Notes under the pieces: generated by a model
What the model was told of the DNA's origin: nothing
Database searches by the model: none
The model's input: only the letters and a program-made list of their open reading frames with translations
Part shown: one piece after another, positions 16,874 through 25,585 of the stretch
Position numbering within the stretch: the first letter of the stretch is position 1
Layout: each line of letters begins with the position of its first letter
Translations under genes and position numbers: made by a program
DNA from: Bacilli bacterium
Lineage (GTDB): Bacteria > Bacillota_I > Bacilli_A > RF39 > UBA660
Reading direction: 5' to 3'
NCBI GenBank assembly: GCA_900771805.1
Contig: CAAGPL010000009.1
Span: forward strand, 2,168-66,167
DNA: 64,000 nucleotides

Positions 16874-18889
16874 GTGATAATTATTAGTAATTGCTTTGTA
16901 AATCAAACTGAAAACAATGATTGTGGCTTAGCTTGCTTAACAATGGTATTAAAGTATTTTAATATAGATACATCACTTAAAAAACTTAAAAATAGCATTT
17001 CATATAAGGATGAAATGATTAGTGTATATGACATTATTAAAATATCAAAAAAATATGGCATTTTAGCTACTGGATATAAGAATGTTAATATTAGTGATTT
17101 AAAATTTCCATGTATAATTCATGTAATTAAAAATGGAAAACAGCATTTTATTACTTTACTTGATAAAAAGAAAAATAAATTTTTACAAGCAGATCCATCT
17201 TTGATTGGAATGTCTTACATAAGTTATGAAGATTTAAAAAATAAATATACTGGTGTAGCTATATTTTTTGAAAAAAATAATGATATCAAGTCATCTTTTT
17301 TTAAAAATAAAGTTTTAATATTAAAATCCTTACTTCTTTTTTCTTTTATTACTTTATTAAATATTCTATGTTCATTTTTTATTCCTATTTTAGTAAATTT
17401 AAGAGTAAATAATAAAAATTTATCTCTTATTTTAACAATCTCATTATTATTTTTTACATTTCAAATAATAAAAGACTTGATGAATTATTTAAAAGATAAA
17501 TATTTGGTAAGACTTAATTTATTAGTTGATAAGTTTGTTACAATGCCAACTATAAATAAAATTATTAATCTTCCTCATAAGTTCTATCATTATAACAGTT
17601 CTGGGAAGTTAATTACAAAGATAAATGATTTGTCTTATATAAAGGAGGGTATTTACGTATTTTTAAATGTTATTATAATTAATTTAATGTTTATAATAAT
17701 TATATTAACTATTTTATTATTTAAAAATATTTTTGTTTTTTTATTAAGTGTTATATTTATCTTAGTTATATATATTTTAAATAAAAAATTTATAAAAAAC
17801 AATTTAAATAAAATATATGAAATTCAATGTCTAAATGAAATAATGTATGACAAATTATCAAGTACTTTTAAGGCTATTTTGATGATAAAAAATTTATCTA
17901 AGGAAAATTATTTTATAAAAGATATAAATAATACTCATGAAGATATAATGAAAATGAATTGTAATTTTATGAAAAAACAGGAAAGGTTTAACTTACTATT
18001 ATCATTTATTATTACGACGATGTCATTTTTAGTAATTTTAATACTTTTATCACAAAATGTAAGAATAACAGATATTTTAATATTATTTTCTTTGTTTCAA
18101 ACAATAGTAGATTCATCTAATCAAGTAAGTAAGCAAATACCTTTATATCAAGAATTTAAGGTGGCTTATTTAAGAATAAATGAGGTATATCAAAAAAAAG
18201 AACTTGAAAAAACAAATAAATATATTGATATTAATAAAATAACAATAAAGAATTTAAATTTTTCATATGAAAATAATGAAGTTTTAAAGGATGTTAATTT
18301 AAATATTTATAAGGGTGATTGGATTTTTATAAATGGTATAACAGGTAGTGGAAAATCAACATTATTTAAGATAATTACAAAACAAATTGATTTTGATAGT
18401 AATTCAATTTTTATTAATAAAACTAATTTAAATGATATTAAAGAAGAGATAATTAGAAATTCTATTATGTATGTAGATCAAAAACTGAATTTAATTAATG
18501 CAAGTATAAAAGAAAATATATTTATGGGGGATACTTTTGATTTTAAACCTGTTAAAACAGCTTTAGTAGATGAAATGTTAAAAACGAATAAAATTGATTA
18601 TGATTATAAAATAGATAGTACAAATTCTAATTTATCTGGTGGACAAATAAGTAAAATAATAATAGCTCAAGCATTGAACTCTAAAAGAGATTTTATAATA
18701 TTTGATGAAACAACAAGTAATTTAGATATTAAAACTGAAAGAAGAATTTTTGATAATATTAAAAGAAAATACAAAGATAAGACAATAATTGTTATAACAC
18801 ACAGAAAATCAAACATTAATTATTTTAATAAAGTGTTTTTGTTTAATGATGGAAAAATAATAAAATTAAAAAAGGGGGAAATATTATGA
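16874..18889 (+). CDS. Bacteriocin-type ABC exporter with an N-terminal C39 peptidase domain
   Basis: C39 motifs NDCGLACL (catalytic Cys) and KQHFITLL...ADP. Six-TM block. Walker A GITGSGKST, signature LSGGQ, Walker B FIIFDE. The start codon is uncertain (see findings). Confidence 0.9.
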   Translation: MIIISNCFVNQTENNDCGLACLTMVLKYFNIDTSLKKLKNSISYKDEMISVYDIIKISKKYGILATGYKNVNISDLKFPCIIHVIKNGKQHFITLLDKKKNKFLQADPSLIGMSYISYEDLKNKYTGVAIFFEKNNDIKSSFFKNKVLILKSLLLFSFITLLNILCSFFIPILVNLRVNNKNLSLILTISLLFFTFQIIKDLMNYLKDKYLVRLNLLVDKFVTMPTINKIINLPHKFYHYNSSGKLITKINDLSYIKEGIYVFLNVIIINLMFIIIILTILLFKNIFVFLLSVIFILVIYILNKKFIKNNLNKIYEIQCLNEIMYDKLSSTFKAILMIKNLSKENYFIKDINNTHEDIMKMNCNFMKKQERFNLLLSFIITTMSFLVILILLSQNVRITDILILFSLFQTIVDSSNQVSKQIPLYQEFKVAYLRINEVYQKKELEKTNKYIDINKITIKNLNFSYENNEVLKDVNLNIYKGDWIFINGITGSGKSTLFKIITKQIDFDSNSIFINKTNLNDIKEEIIRNSIMYVDQKLNLINASIKENIFMGDTFDFKPVKTALVDEMLKTNKIDYDYKIDSTNSNLSGGQISKIIIAQALNSKRDFIIFDETTSNLDIKTERRIFDNIKRKYKDKTIIVITHRKSNINYFNKVFLFNDGKIIKLKKGEIL

Positions 18890-19026
18890 AAAAATTAAAT
18901 AATAGAGAATTAAAAAGCATAAAAGCAGGTGCATCAAGTGGTTTTATATTTGCTAGTATAATAGCAGGTATTTCGTTTCTAGCAGGTATTTTTGATGGTT
19001 TCACAAGACCATTTAGATGCAGATAA
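18886..19026 (+). CDS. Bacteriocin precursor candidate 1 (46 aa, not in the ORF track)
   Basis: ATG overlaps the exporter TGA (ATGA). MKKLNNRELKSIKAG|ASSGFIFASIIAGISFLAGIFDGFTRPFRCR has a double-glycine-type leader (ELxxIxAG) and a GxxxG-containing hydrophobic core. Confidence 0.65.
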   Translation: MKKLNNRELKSIKAGASSGFIFASIIAGISFLAGIFDGFTRPFRCR

Positions 19027-19042
19027 TAAAGGAGGGATTATT

Positions 19043-19210
19043 ATGAAACTAACTAAAAGCGAATCTAAAAAAATAAAGGCTGGTGCTTCTATTACTGCTT
19101 CATTTTTAAATGCATTAATAAGAGGATTTAATTCATTTGTTGATATTGGTAGATACTTCGGAAGCAGTGTAAGAAGATTATTTGGTGGGAAATATTGTCC
19201 TATTAAATAA
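19043..19210 (+). CDS. Bacteriocin precursor candidate 2 (55 aa)
   Basis: SD AAAGGAGGG lies 6-7 nt before ATG 19043. MKLTKSESKKIKAG|ASITASFLNALIRGFNSFVDIGRYFGSSVRRLFGGKYCPIK shares the same IKAG|AS junction and has a cationic mature part. Confidence 0.65.
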   Translation: MKLTKSESKKIKAGASITASFLNALIRGFNSFVDIGRYFGSSVRRLFGGKYCPIK

Positions 19211-19272
19211 AAAGAAATTTTAAACAGAATATTTGAAATTTCAATATTCAATATTATTATTTTTAATATATT

Positions 19273-19307
19273 AAAAAGTGTGAATAATTAATTTTTTCAC
19301 ACTTTTT
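19273..19307 (+). terminator. Rho-independent terminator after the bacteriocin genes
   Basis: AAAAGTGTGAA-11 nt-TTCACACTTTT, an 11-bp stem with flanking A- and T-runs. Confidence 0.8.
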
Positions 19308-19372
19308 GAATAGAAATAATTTCATTTTCTTCTAATATTCGTCATTTTTTATAATAAATAAGTAAAAATATA

Positions 19373-19401
19373 TTGAAATTAAAATAATTGGGTGCTATAA
19401 T
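19373..19401 (+). promoter_or_regulatory. Sigma-A promoter of rpsU
   Basis: TTGAAA, a 17-nt spacer, then TGcTATAAT (extended -10). Confidence 0.7.
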
Positions 19402-19436
19402 TACTAGTAGAAAAAAAGGAGAGGGGGGAAAGAAAA

Positions 19437-19637
19437 ATGATTACTGTTCAAGTAAAAAATGGAAACGTTGATGCGGCTTTGAAAAAATTTAAGCAAAGAG
19501 TAGCAAAAAGCGGTCTCCCTTCAGAAGTAAAAAAGAAGCAAGCTTTTGATAAACCTGGGGTTGAGAGAAGAAATGCTAAGAAAGAAGCAATAAAAAATAG
19601 TCGTAAGGCTGCAAGACGCGAAAGAAATGCTGCATAA
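19437..19637 (+). CDS. rpsU: 30S ribosomal protein bS21
   Basis: 66 aa and basic, with ...GNVDAALKKFKQRVAKSG...KKQAFDKPGVERRNAKKEA matching the S21 pattern. Confidence 0.9.
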   Translation: MITVQVKNGNVDAALKKFKQRVAKSGLPSEVKKKQAFDKPGVERRNAKKEAIKNSRKAARRERNAA

Positions 19638-19712
19638 TTTTTCTTTACTCAATTAAAAGTTACTATTTTACATAGTGATTTTTTTTTTGCATAAAATTAA
19701 ATGGTGATACTT

Positions 19713-19964
19713 ATGAAAATAAAAAACATAATTAACAATTATGTAGAATGTAACTTATTTGAAATAAAAATTATAGATGATCGTGTTAAAATTTATTATT
19801 ATGATAAAATAAAGCACTTTTCAAATAATAAAATAATAGTTTCAAAAGATAATAAAAATTATAAAATAGAAGGAAAAAATTTGATAATTGAAAAGCTTTT
19901 TAAAGAACTGCTTGTAATAAAAGGTGACGTAAATAAAATTTTGTTAGGTGATTTTAATGAATAA
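19713..19964 (+). CDS. yqfC: Sporulation protein YqfC
   Basis: ~84 aa, directly upstream of and overlapping yqfD, downstream of rpsU as in Bacillus. Pattern ...KI..FS...I.V......I.G..L.I. Confidence 0.65.
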   Translation: MKIKNIINNYVECNLFEIKIIDDRVKIYYYDKIKHFSNNKIIVSKDNKNYKIEGKNLIIEKLFKELLVIKGDVNKILLGDFNE

Positions 19965-21129
19965 AGGATATGTAAAAATAAGTATTGTTGGAAAAAATCC
20001 TGATTTTTTTTTAAAGCGTTATTGTATAAATAATTTTAATTTTTGGGATTATAAAAAATTAAATTATAATAAAATTACCATTAAATTATCTTTTGAGGAT
20101 TATCTTTTGCTTATAAGTAAAAAAAGTATTTATGATATAAAAATAATTAAATTTTATGGATTAATTAAATATATTAATTATATTAAAAATAATTATTTAT
20201 TTTTAATTTGTTTTTTAATATCAATTATTTTTCTTATTTTTCTTAGTAATTTATGTTTTGATATTGAAGTTGTTCATAATGATAAAAAAGTAAGAAAAAT
20301 CATAATAGAAAATTTAAATGATAATGGTATAAAAAAATTTTATATTATACCAAATTATGATAAACGAAAAAAAATAATAGAAAAAATTATTCAAAAAAAC
20401 AAAAATCAAATAGAATGGCTTGAAATTGAAAGAAAAGGTAGTAAATTAATCGTTAAAGTAACAGAAAGAAGAATAAATAAAAAAGAACAAAAATTAAATC
20501 CAAGACATATTGTTGCTAAAAAAAGAGGAATAATTAAAAAAATAGAAGCTCAAAATGGAGTTATTCTAAAAAAGATAAATGACTATGTAGAAAAAGGAGA
20601 TGTAATAATATCGGGGGATATTATTAAAGATGAAACGGTAAAAGATAAAATAGTTGCAAATGGTACTATTTATGCAGAGACATGGTATAAAGTAAAAGTA
20701 GAATATCCTTTATATTATAAAGAAACTAGATATCTTAATGAAGTTAAAAATAATATTATTATAAGTTTTTTAAATAAAAAATTATATGTAAGAAAAAATT
20801 ATACCAATTCTTATTTAGAAAAGAAAAACATTTTAATTTATGATAAAATTTTTCCATTTAATGTAAGTATGGAAAAACAAAGAAAAACTAAAACATTTAA
20901 GCAAATTTTAAATTATGAAGAAGCACTTAAAAAGGCTAATTTACTTGCCGAAAAAAAGATTTTATCAGGTCTTTTAAAAGATGAACATATAATAAGCAAA
21001 AAAACTTTGAATTTTAATGTTTATGAGAGTAAAATAGTTGTAGATGTATTTTTTAAAGTATATGAAAATATAACTGATTACTTAGATGTTGATTTAAGTT
21101 TAATTAAAATAACACCTAAAACTAATTAA
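19957..21129 (+). CDS. yqfD: Sporulation protein YqfD (stage IV-like)
   Basis: ~390 aa with a single central TM segment. N-terminus GYVKISIVGKNPDFFLKR is typical of YqfD, and the synteny fits. Confidence 0.75.
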   Translation: MNKGYVKISIVGKNPDFFLKRYCINNFNFWDYKKLNYNKITIKLSFEDYLLLISKKSIYDIKIIKFYGLIKYINYIKNNYLFLICFLISIIFLIFLSNLCFDIEVVHNDKKVRKIIIENLNDNGIKKFYIIPNYDKRKKIIEKIIQKNKNQIEWLEIERKGSKLIVKVTERRINKKEQKLNPRHIVAKKRGIIKKIEAQNGVILKKINDYVEKGDVIISGDIIKDETVKDKIVANGTIYAETWYKVKVEYPLYYKETRYLNEVKNNIIISFLNKKLYVRKNYTNSYLEKKNILIYDKIFPFNVSMEKQRKTKTFKQILNYEEALKKANLLAEKKILSGLLKDEHIISKKTLNFNVYESKIVVDVFFKVYENITDYLDVDLSLIKITPKTN

Positions 21130-21144
21130 AAAAAGAGGTTTATC

Positions 21145-21759
21145 ATGTCAAATATGTTCTTAAAAATTATTCATAATTTATGGCCAATGCTTTTTATATT
21201 TACAATAATTATAATATCTATTAGAATAACTTATCTAATTTGTAATAAGCAAAAATTTGTTTTGTATAAAGAAATTAAAATGTTGTTTTTTCTTTTTTAT
21301 ATTTTACTTTTATACTATGTAGTTACTTTTCAAGATAATAATTATGGGACAAATAATTTCATTTTATTTAAAGAGATATTTAGATATAATATAACCTCTA
21401 AATTATTTTTAAGAAATGTTTTAGGTAATATAATTCTTTTTATACCACTTGGAATTTTTTCAAGTGATATAATTAAAAATAAGACATTTATTCCTATATT
21501 TTTTATTTCTCTTATAGTTTCATGCTCAATAGAATTTGCACAAAGTATGATAGATAGAACTGCTGATATAGATGATGTTATTTTAAATGTATTAGGTGGT
21601 ATAATAGGTTACGTCTTGTATAAATATGCAAATAAAAAATTTCATAAATTTCCAAAAATTATTAAGAATGAATTATTTTTGGATGTATTGTCTTTATTTC
21701 TAATTTTTATTATAATATATTTAGCTTTTAAGTTTAATTTTTGGAGGTTTATAGCATGA
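21145..21759 (+). CDS. VanZ-family membrane protein
   Basis: LRNVLGNIILFIPLG...IEFAQSMIDRTADIDDVILNVLGGIIGY. Confidence 0.7.
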   Translation: MSNMFLKIIHNLWPMLFIFTIIIISIRITYLICNKQKFVLYKEIKMLFFLFYILLLYYVVTFQDNNYGTNNFILFKEIFRYNITSKLFLRNVLGNIILFIPLGIFSSDIIKNKTFIPIFFISLIVSCSIEFAQSMIDRTADIDDVILNVLGGIIGYVLYKYANKKFHKFPKIIKNELFLDVLSLFLIFIIIYLAFKFNFWRFIA

Positions 21760-22202
21760 ATTATTTTGAAGTAATAAATGATTGCAATGTATTATTAGAA
21801 GAAGAAAAACAAATGAAAGATTTTATAAATTATTGTATAAAAAAGTTGAAATTGAAAAACGTAATGTTTAATGTTATAATAATTGATAATAAGAAAATTC
21901 ATGAAATAAATAAAAAATATAGAATGATAGATAGACCAACGGATGTAATATCTTTTGCTCTAGAAGATAATAAAGAAAATTTTATTAGCAAAATAAGAAT
22001 GTTAGGGGATATTTACATATCATATGAAAAAGTAATTTCTCAAGCACTAGATTATAATCATTCACGAGACAGAGAATTATGTTTTTTAGCTATTCATGGA
22101 TTACTTCATCTTTTAGGATATGATCATATGAATAAAGAAGATGAAATAAAAATGTTTGAATTACAGAAGGAGTTGTTAAATAGTTATGGCATCAAAAAAT
22201 AA
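21756..22202 (+). CDS. ybeY: Endoribonuclease YbeY
   Basis: Motifs TDVISF and HGLLHLLGYDH. ATGA overlap with the vanZ-like gene. Confidence 0.9.
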   Translation: MNYFEVINDCNVLLEEEKQMKDFINYCIKKLKLKNVMFNVIIIDNKKIHEINKKYRMIDRPTDVISFALEDNKENFISKIRMLGDIYISYEKVISQALDYNHSRDRELCFLAIHGLLHLLGYDHMNKEDEIKMFELQKELLNSYGIKK

Positions 22203-22623
22203 GGTTAATGTTGAAATATCAAGAGGAAAATATGTTGAATCATTAAATTTAAAAAAATTAGGTTTCAAAAGAATTTTAAAAAGCTTTAAATTTTCTTTTG
22301 ATGGTTTAAAATATGCATATATTCATGAACAAAGTTTACTTTTACATGTAATTGTTATGACATTTATAGTAGTTTGTGGTTTTGCATTTAAAATAAGTCC
22401 TATTCAGTGGGTAATAACACTTGTTATGGGAGCTTTAATTTTAGTTGCTGAATTATTTAACACATCAATAGAAGCAGTAGTTGATATGGTAACAGAAGAA
22501 TTTCATCCACTTGCTAAAGTTGCTAAAGATACTGCATCAGCAGCATGTTTTATTGCTGATATGACAGCAGCTGGGATGTGGCTTGTTGTTTTTGTTCCAA
22601 AAATAATTTTGTTGTTTAGGTAA
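22186..22623 (+). CDS. dgkA: Diacylglycerol/undecaprenol kinase DgkA
   Basis: FKFSFDGLKYAYIHEQSLLLH, ELFNTSIEAVVD, KDTASAA and three TM segments. Confidence 0.85.
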   Translation: MASKNKVNVEISRGKYVESLNLKKLGFKRILKSFKFSFDGLKYAYIHEQSLLLHVIVMTFIVVCGFAFKISPIQWVITLVMGALILVAELFNTSIEAVVDMVTEEFHPLAKVAKDTASAACFIADMTAAGMWLVVFVPKIILLFR

Positions 22624-22628
22624 TTAAT

Positions 22629-22952
22629 ATGAAAAAAATAAAGAAATTTTTTGATAGAGAACAAAATCTTTTAATTCATATAATAGCAGCTATAATTGTG
22701 ACTTGTTTAGGTATAATTTTTAATATAAATAAAATGGAATGGATAATGGTATATTTTGCTGTTTTTCTAGTTATTTCATCTGAACTTTTAAATTCTTCAA
22801 TAGAACTTACTGTTGATTTATATACAAAAGAGTTTAATCCTCTTGCAATGGTTGCAAAAGATACTGCTGCATCAGCAGTTACAATATCTGCTTTAATAGC
22901 AATAATAATTGGAATATATGTGTTTTTACCAAAAACTATAAGTATGTTTTAA
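22629..22952 (+). CDS. Second, N-terminally shorter DgkA paralog
   Basis: ELLNSSIELTVDL and AKDTAASA motifs are conserved. Lies in tandem with dgkA. Confidence 0.7.
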   Translation: MKKIKKFFDREQNLLIHIIAAIIVTCLGIIFNINKMEWIMVYFAVFLVISSELLNSSIELTVDLYTKEFNPLAMVAKDTAASAVTISALIAIIIGIYVFLPKTISMF

Positions 22953-23077
22953 AATAGTGATTTTATTCACTTTTTTATTTGATATTAATACTTTAATATT
23001 TTATAGATGCTAATATTGAAATTTATTTTAAATAATGATAAAATAGTAGTATCTTATTAGGGATAGGAGTGATTTAT

Positions 23078-23320
23078 ATGTCTTCAACAACTTATTTATT
23101 TAATATTGAAAATATTAATGAAGCATTGGTAAAAGAAACAATTAAAGATGTTTGTGATGCTTTAAAAGAAAGAGGATATAATCCGGTAAATCAGTTAGTA
23201 GGTTACTTAATGAGTGGTGATCCTGGTTATATTTCAAATCATAAAGAAGCTAGAAATAAAATTCTTAAAATTGATAGAAGTAAAATTCTAGAAATTTTAT
23301 TAAAGGAATACTTAAATTAA
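23078..23320 (+). CDS. ireB: IreB-family (UPF0297/YrzL) regulatory protein
   Basis: ALKERGYNPVNQLVGYLMSGDPGYISNHKEARN signature, upstream of ruvX. Confidence 0.8.
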   Translation: MSSTTYLFNIENINEALVKETIKDVCDALKERGYNPVNQLVGYLMSGDPGYISNHKEARNKILKIDRSKILEILLKEYLN

Positions 23321-23751
23321 TGAGAATAATAGGGTTGGATTTAGGAACTAAAACTCTTGGTGTTGCAATAAGTGATCAAACTGAAACAATAGCAAGTGGT
23401 GTAACTACACTTAGATTTAGTGAAAATGAATCTGAAAATTGTTTTGATGAATTAAGAAAAATAATTGAACTTTATAATGCTAAACTAATTGTTATAGGTC
23501 TTCCTAAAAACATGAATAATACATGTGGTGAAGCTACTTTAAGAACTGAAAATTTTTCTAGAAAACTTAAAGAAGAGTTTAATATAGAAGTTGTAATGCA
23601 GGATGAAAGATTATCTTCTGTTGCAGCCAATAATGTTTTATTATTAGCTGATTTATCTAGAAAAAAAAGAAAGTCTAAAGTAGATACAGTAGCGGCAACA
23701 ATAATTTTGCAAAGTTATTTAGATATAAGAAAGGGACAGAAAAATGGATAA
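23320..23751 (+). CDS. ruvX: Putative pre-16S rRNA nuclease / Holliday junction resolvase-like YqgF
   Basis: MRIIGLDLGTKTLGVAISD..., GLPKNMNNT, DERLSS. Confidence 0.85.
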   Translation: MRIIGLDLGTKTLGVAISDQTETIASGVTTLRFSENESENCFDELRKIIELYNAKLIVIGLPKNMNNTCGEATLRTENFSRKLKEEFNIEVVMQDERLSSVAANNVLLLADLSRKKRKSKVDTVAATIILQSYLDIRKGQKNG

Positions 23752-24037
23752 CATGGAAACAAAAAAAGATAATACTTTTACTATAATAGGTGATAATGGA
23801 GAAGAAATAAAATGTGAAATTTTATTTACATATGAAGATGAAAAAACTAAGAAAAATTATATGGCATATACAGATAACACCTTAGATGAAGAAGGTAATA
23901 CAAAGGTTTATGCATCAATATTTAATCCAGAAGAGGAAAATCCTGTACTTCTTCCAATTGAAACTGATGAAGAATGGAAACTTATTGAAGGAATTTTAAC
24001 TTCATTATCAGCAGACGATGAAAATAACGAGGCGTAA
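23744..24037 (+). CDS. DUF1292 (YrzB-like) protein
   Basis: Acidic ~95 aa, F.I.D..GEE..CEILFT......KNYMAYTD pattern, in the conserved ireB-ruvX-DUF1292 triad. Confidence 0.7.
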   Translation: MDNMETKKDNTFTIIGDNGEEIKCEILFTYEDEKTKKNYMAYTDNTLDEEGNTKVYASIFNPEEENPVLLPIETDEEWKLIEGILTSLSADDENNEA

Positions 24038-24162
24038 AGCCTTTTTTATTTTTAAATAATTATAACTATTTAATTACTCATTTGTTATCTTTATATTGCT
24101 ATTTAGTTGATTTTTATAATAATAAAATGATATAATTATGTAAGAATTTGGGTGGTGTTGTT

Positions 24163-24786
24163 ATGGATATGGAATTTTTAATTCGAAAAATGGAAAAATA
24201 TGCTGATGAAAAAGGAATTCCAATAATGGAGAAGGATGGAATTAGATTTTTAACTGAATTTATTAAATTAAATAAGGTAAAAAACATATTAGAAATAGGA
24301 AGTGCTATTGGATATTCTGCAATATGTATGGCAAATGTTAGTGATGATATTACAATAACATCTATAGAAAGGGATAAAGATAGATATATTGAAGCTGTTA
24401 AAAATGTTAAAAATGCTAATTTAGATCATAGAATAACACTTGTATTAGCAGATGCTTTAGAATTTAAAACAAATGAAAAATTTGATTTAATTTTTATTGA
24501 TGCTGCTAAAAGTCAGTATATGAAGTTTTTTAATAATTTTTCATTAAATTTAAACGATAAAGGATATATAATAACAGATAATATAAAATTTCATGGACTT
24601 GCATTTTCTGATAAATCAAAATTATCTAGAAATTTAAGACAATTAATAGGTAAATTAGAAAATTATATTGATTTTTTAAAGAATAATAAAGATTTTAAAA
24701 CTAGATTTTTTGACATAGGTGATGGAGTTGCAATTTCTGTTAAAAGGAAGAAAAATGATGAGACAAATGTTAATAAAGATAAATAA
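24163..24786 (+). CDS. SAM-dependent O-methyltransferase (YrrM/TrmR-like)
   Basis: ILEIGSAIGYS SAM motif and FDLIFIDAAK. Precedes the U32 pair as in Bacillus yrrM-yrrN-yrrO. Confidence 0.75.
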   Translation: MDMEFLIRKMEKYADEKGIPIMEKDGIRFLTEFIKLNKVKNILEIGSAIGYSAICMANVSDDITITSIERDKDRYIEAVKNVKNANLDHRITLVLADALEFKTNEKFDLIFIDAAKSQYMKFFNNFSLNLNDKGYIITDNIKFHGLAFSDKSKLSRNLRQLIGKLENYIDFLKNNKDFKTRFFDIGDGVAISVKRKKNDETNVNKDK

Positions 24787-25585
24787 AGAAGAAGAATTAT
24801 TATACCCAGCTAGTGGGTATATTTTAGGTGTTAGAAATTATTCTATTTGCTTTAGTAAATCCTTTAGTTTAGATGAAATAAAAAAAATAAAAGATGAAAA
24901 TAGAGACAAAAAAATATTTGTATCACTAAATAGATTAATATTTAATGATGAACTTGAATTATATAAAAACACATTAAAAAAATTAGATAATATGAATTTA
25001 GATGGCATAATAGTAGGGGATATAGCAGCATTAACTTATAATTTGAAAACAAGACTTATTTTAGATCAGATGCATCTAAATAATTCGTCATATAGTATAA
25101 AACATTATTTTGATAATAATGTTTCTGGTTTTGTTTTAACAAATGATATAACATTAGATGAAATTAATAAAATAAAAGAAAATAATAAAAATGCAGTATT
25201 ATTTAAACAAGTATTTGGGCTTCCACATCTATCAACATCAAGAAGAAAATTAGTAAGTAATTATTTAAATTATTTTAAACTAAATAAAGATAGCAATTTA
25301 TACGAAATAAAAGAAAATAATAAAGATGGTTCTTATTATATATATGAAGATTATTTTGGTACTCATATATTATCTAAGTATCCTATTAACCTTCTTAAAT
25401 ATATTAATTTGCTTGACGTAGATTATTTTATCTTTGATAGTTTTTTACTTAAAACGAATGAATTCGTATATGATGCTTTTTATACAAAAGATTTAAGTTT
25501 AAACGAAAAAATAAATGATACTTTTAATGCTAATGAAGGGTTTATAAACAAAGAAACGATTTATAAGGTGAAGAAAAATGATTAA
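24755..25585 (+). CDS. Peptidase U32-family protein (YrrN/TrhP-like)
   Basis: KIFVSLNRLIFNDELELY...LDGIIVGDIAAL resembles the U32 N-domain. SD AAAAGGAAG precedes ATG 24755. Confidence 0.65.
   Translation: MMRQMLIKINKEEELLYPASGYILGVRNYSICFSKSFSLDEIKKIKDENRDKKIFVSLNRLIFNDELELYKNTLKKLDNMNLDGIIVGDIAALTYNLKTRLILDQMHLNNSSYSIKHYFDNNVSGFVLTNDITLDEINKIKENNKNAVLFKQVFGLPHLSTSRRKLVSNYLNYFKLNKDSNLYEIKENNKDGSYYIYEDYFGTHILSKYPINLLKYINLLDVDYFIFDSFLLKTNEFVYDAFYTKDLSLNEKINDTFNANEGFINKETIYKVKKND

Noticed and set aside
18992-19042. The N-terminal 17 codons (MMVSQDHLDADNKGGII) that the ORF track assigns to the 72-aa ORF.
   Set aside because: This stretch overlaps the end of peptide 1. The strong SD AAAGGAGGG sits just before ATG 19043, which yields a leader parallel to that of peptide 1.
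18979-19251. 90-aa minus-strand ORF across the bacteriocin peptide genes, considered as a possible immunity gene.
   Set aside because: It is antisense to both peptide ORFs and runs through the terminator hairpin. It has no SD. Its hydrophobic-looking composition is what antisense of AT-rich coding sequence produces.
16717-19436. Whether the bacteriocin module is an integrase-mediated island inserted at tRNA-Arg.
   Set aside because: There is no integrase or recombinase gene. I found no direct repeat of the tRNA 3' end at the distal boundary (19211-19436).
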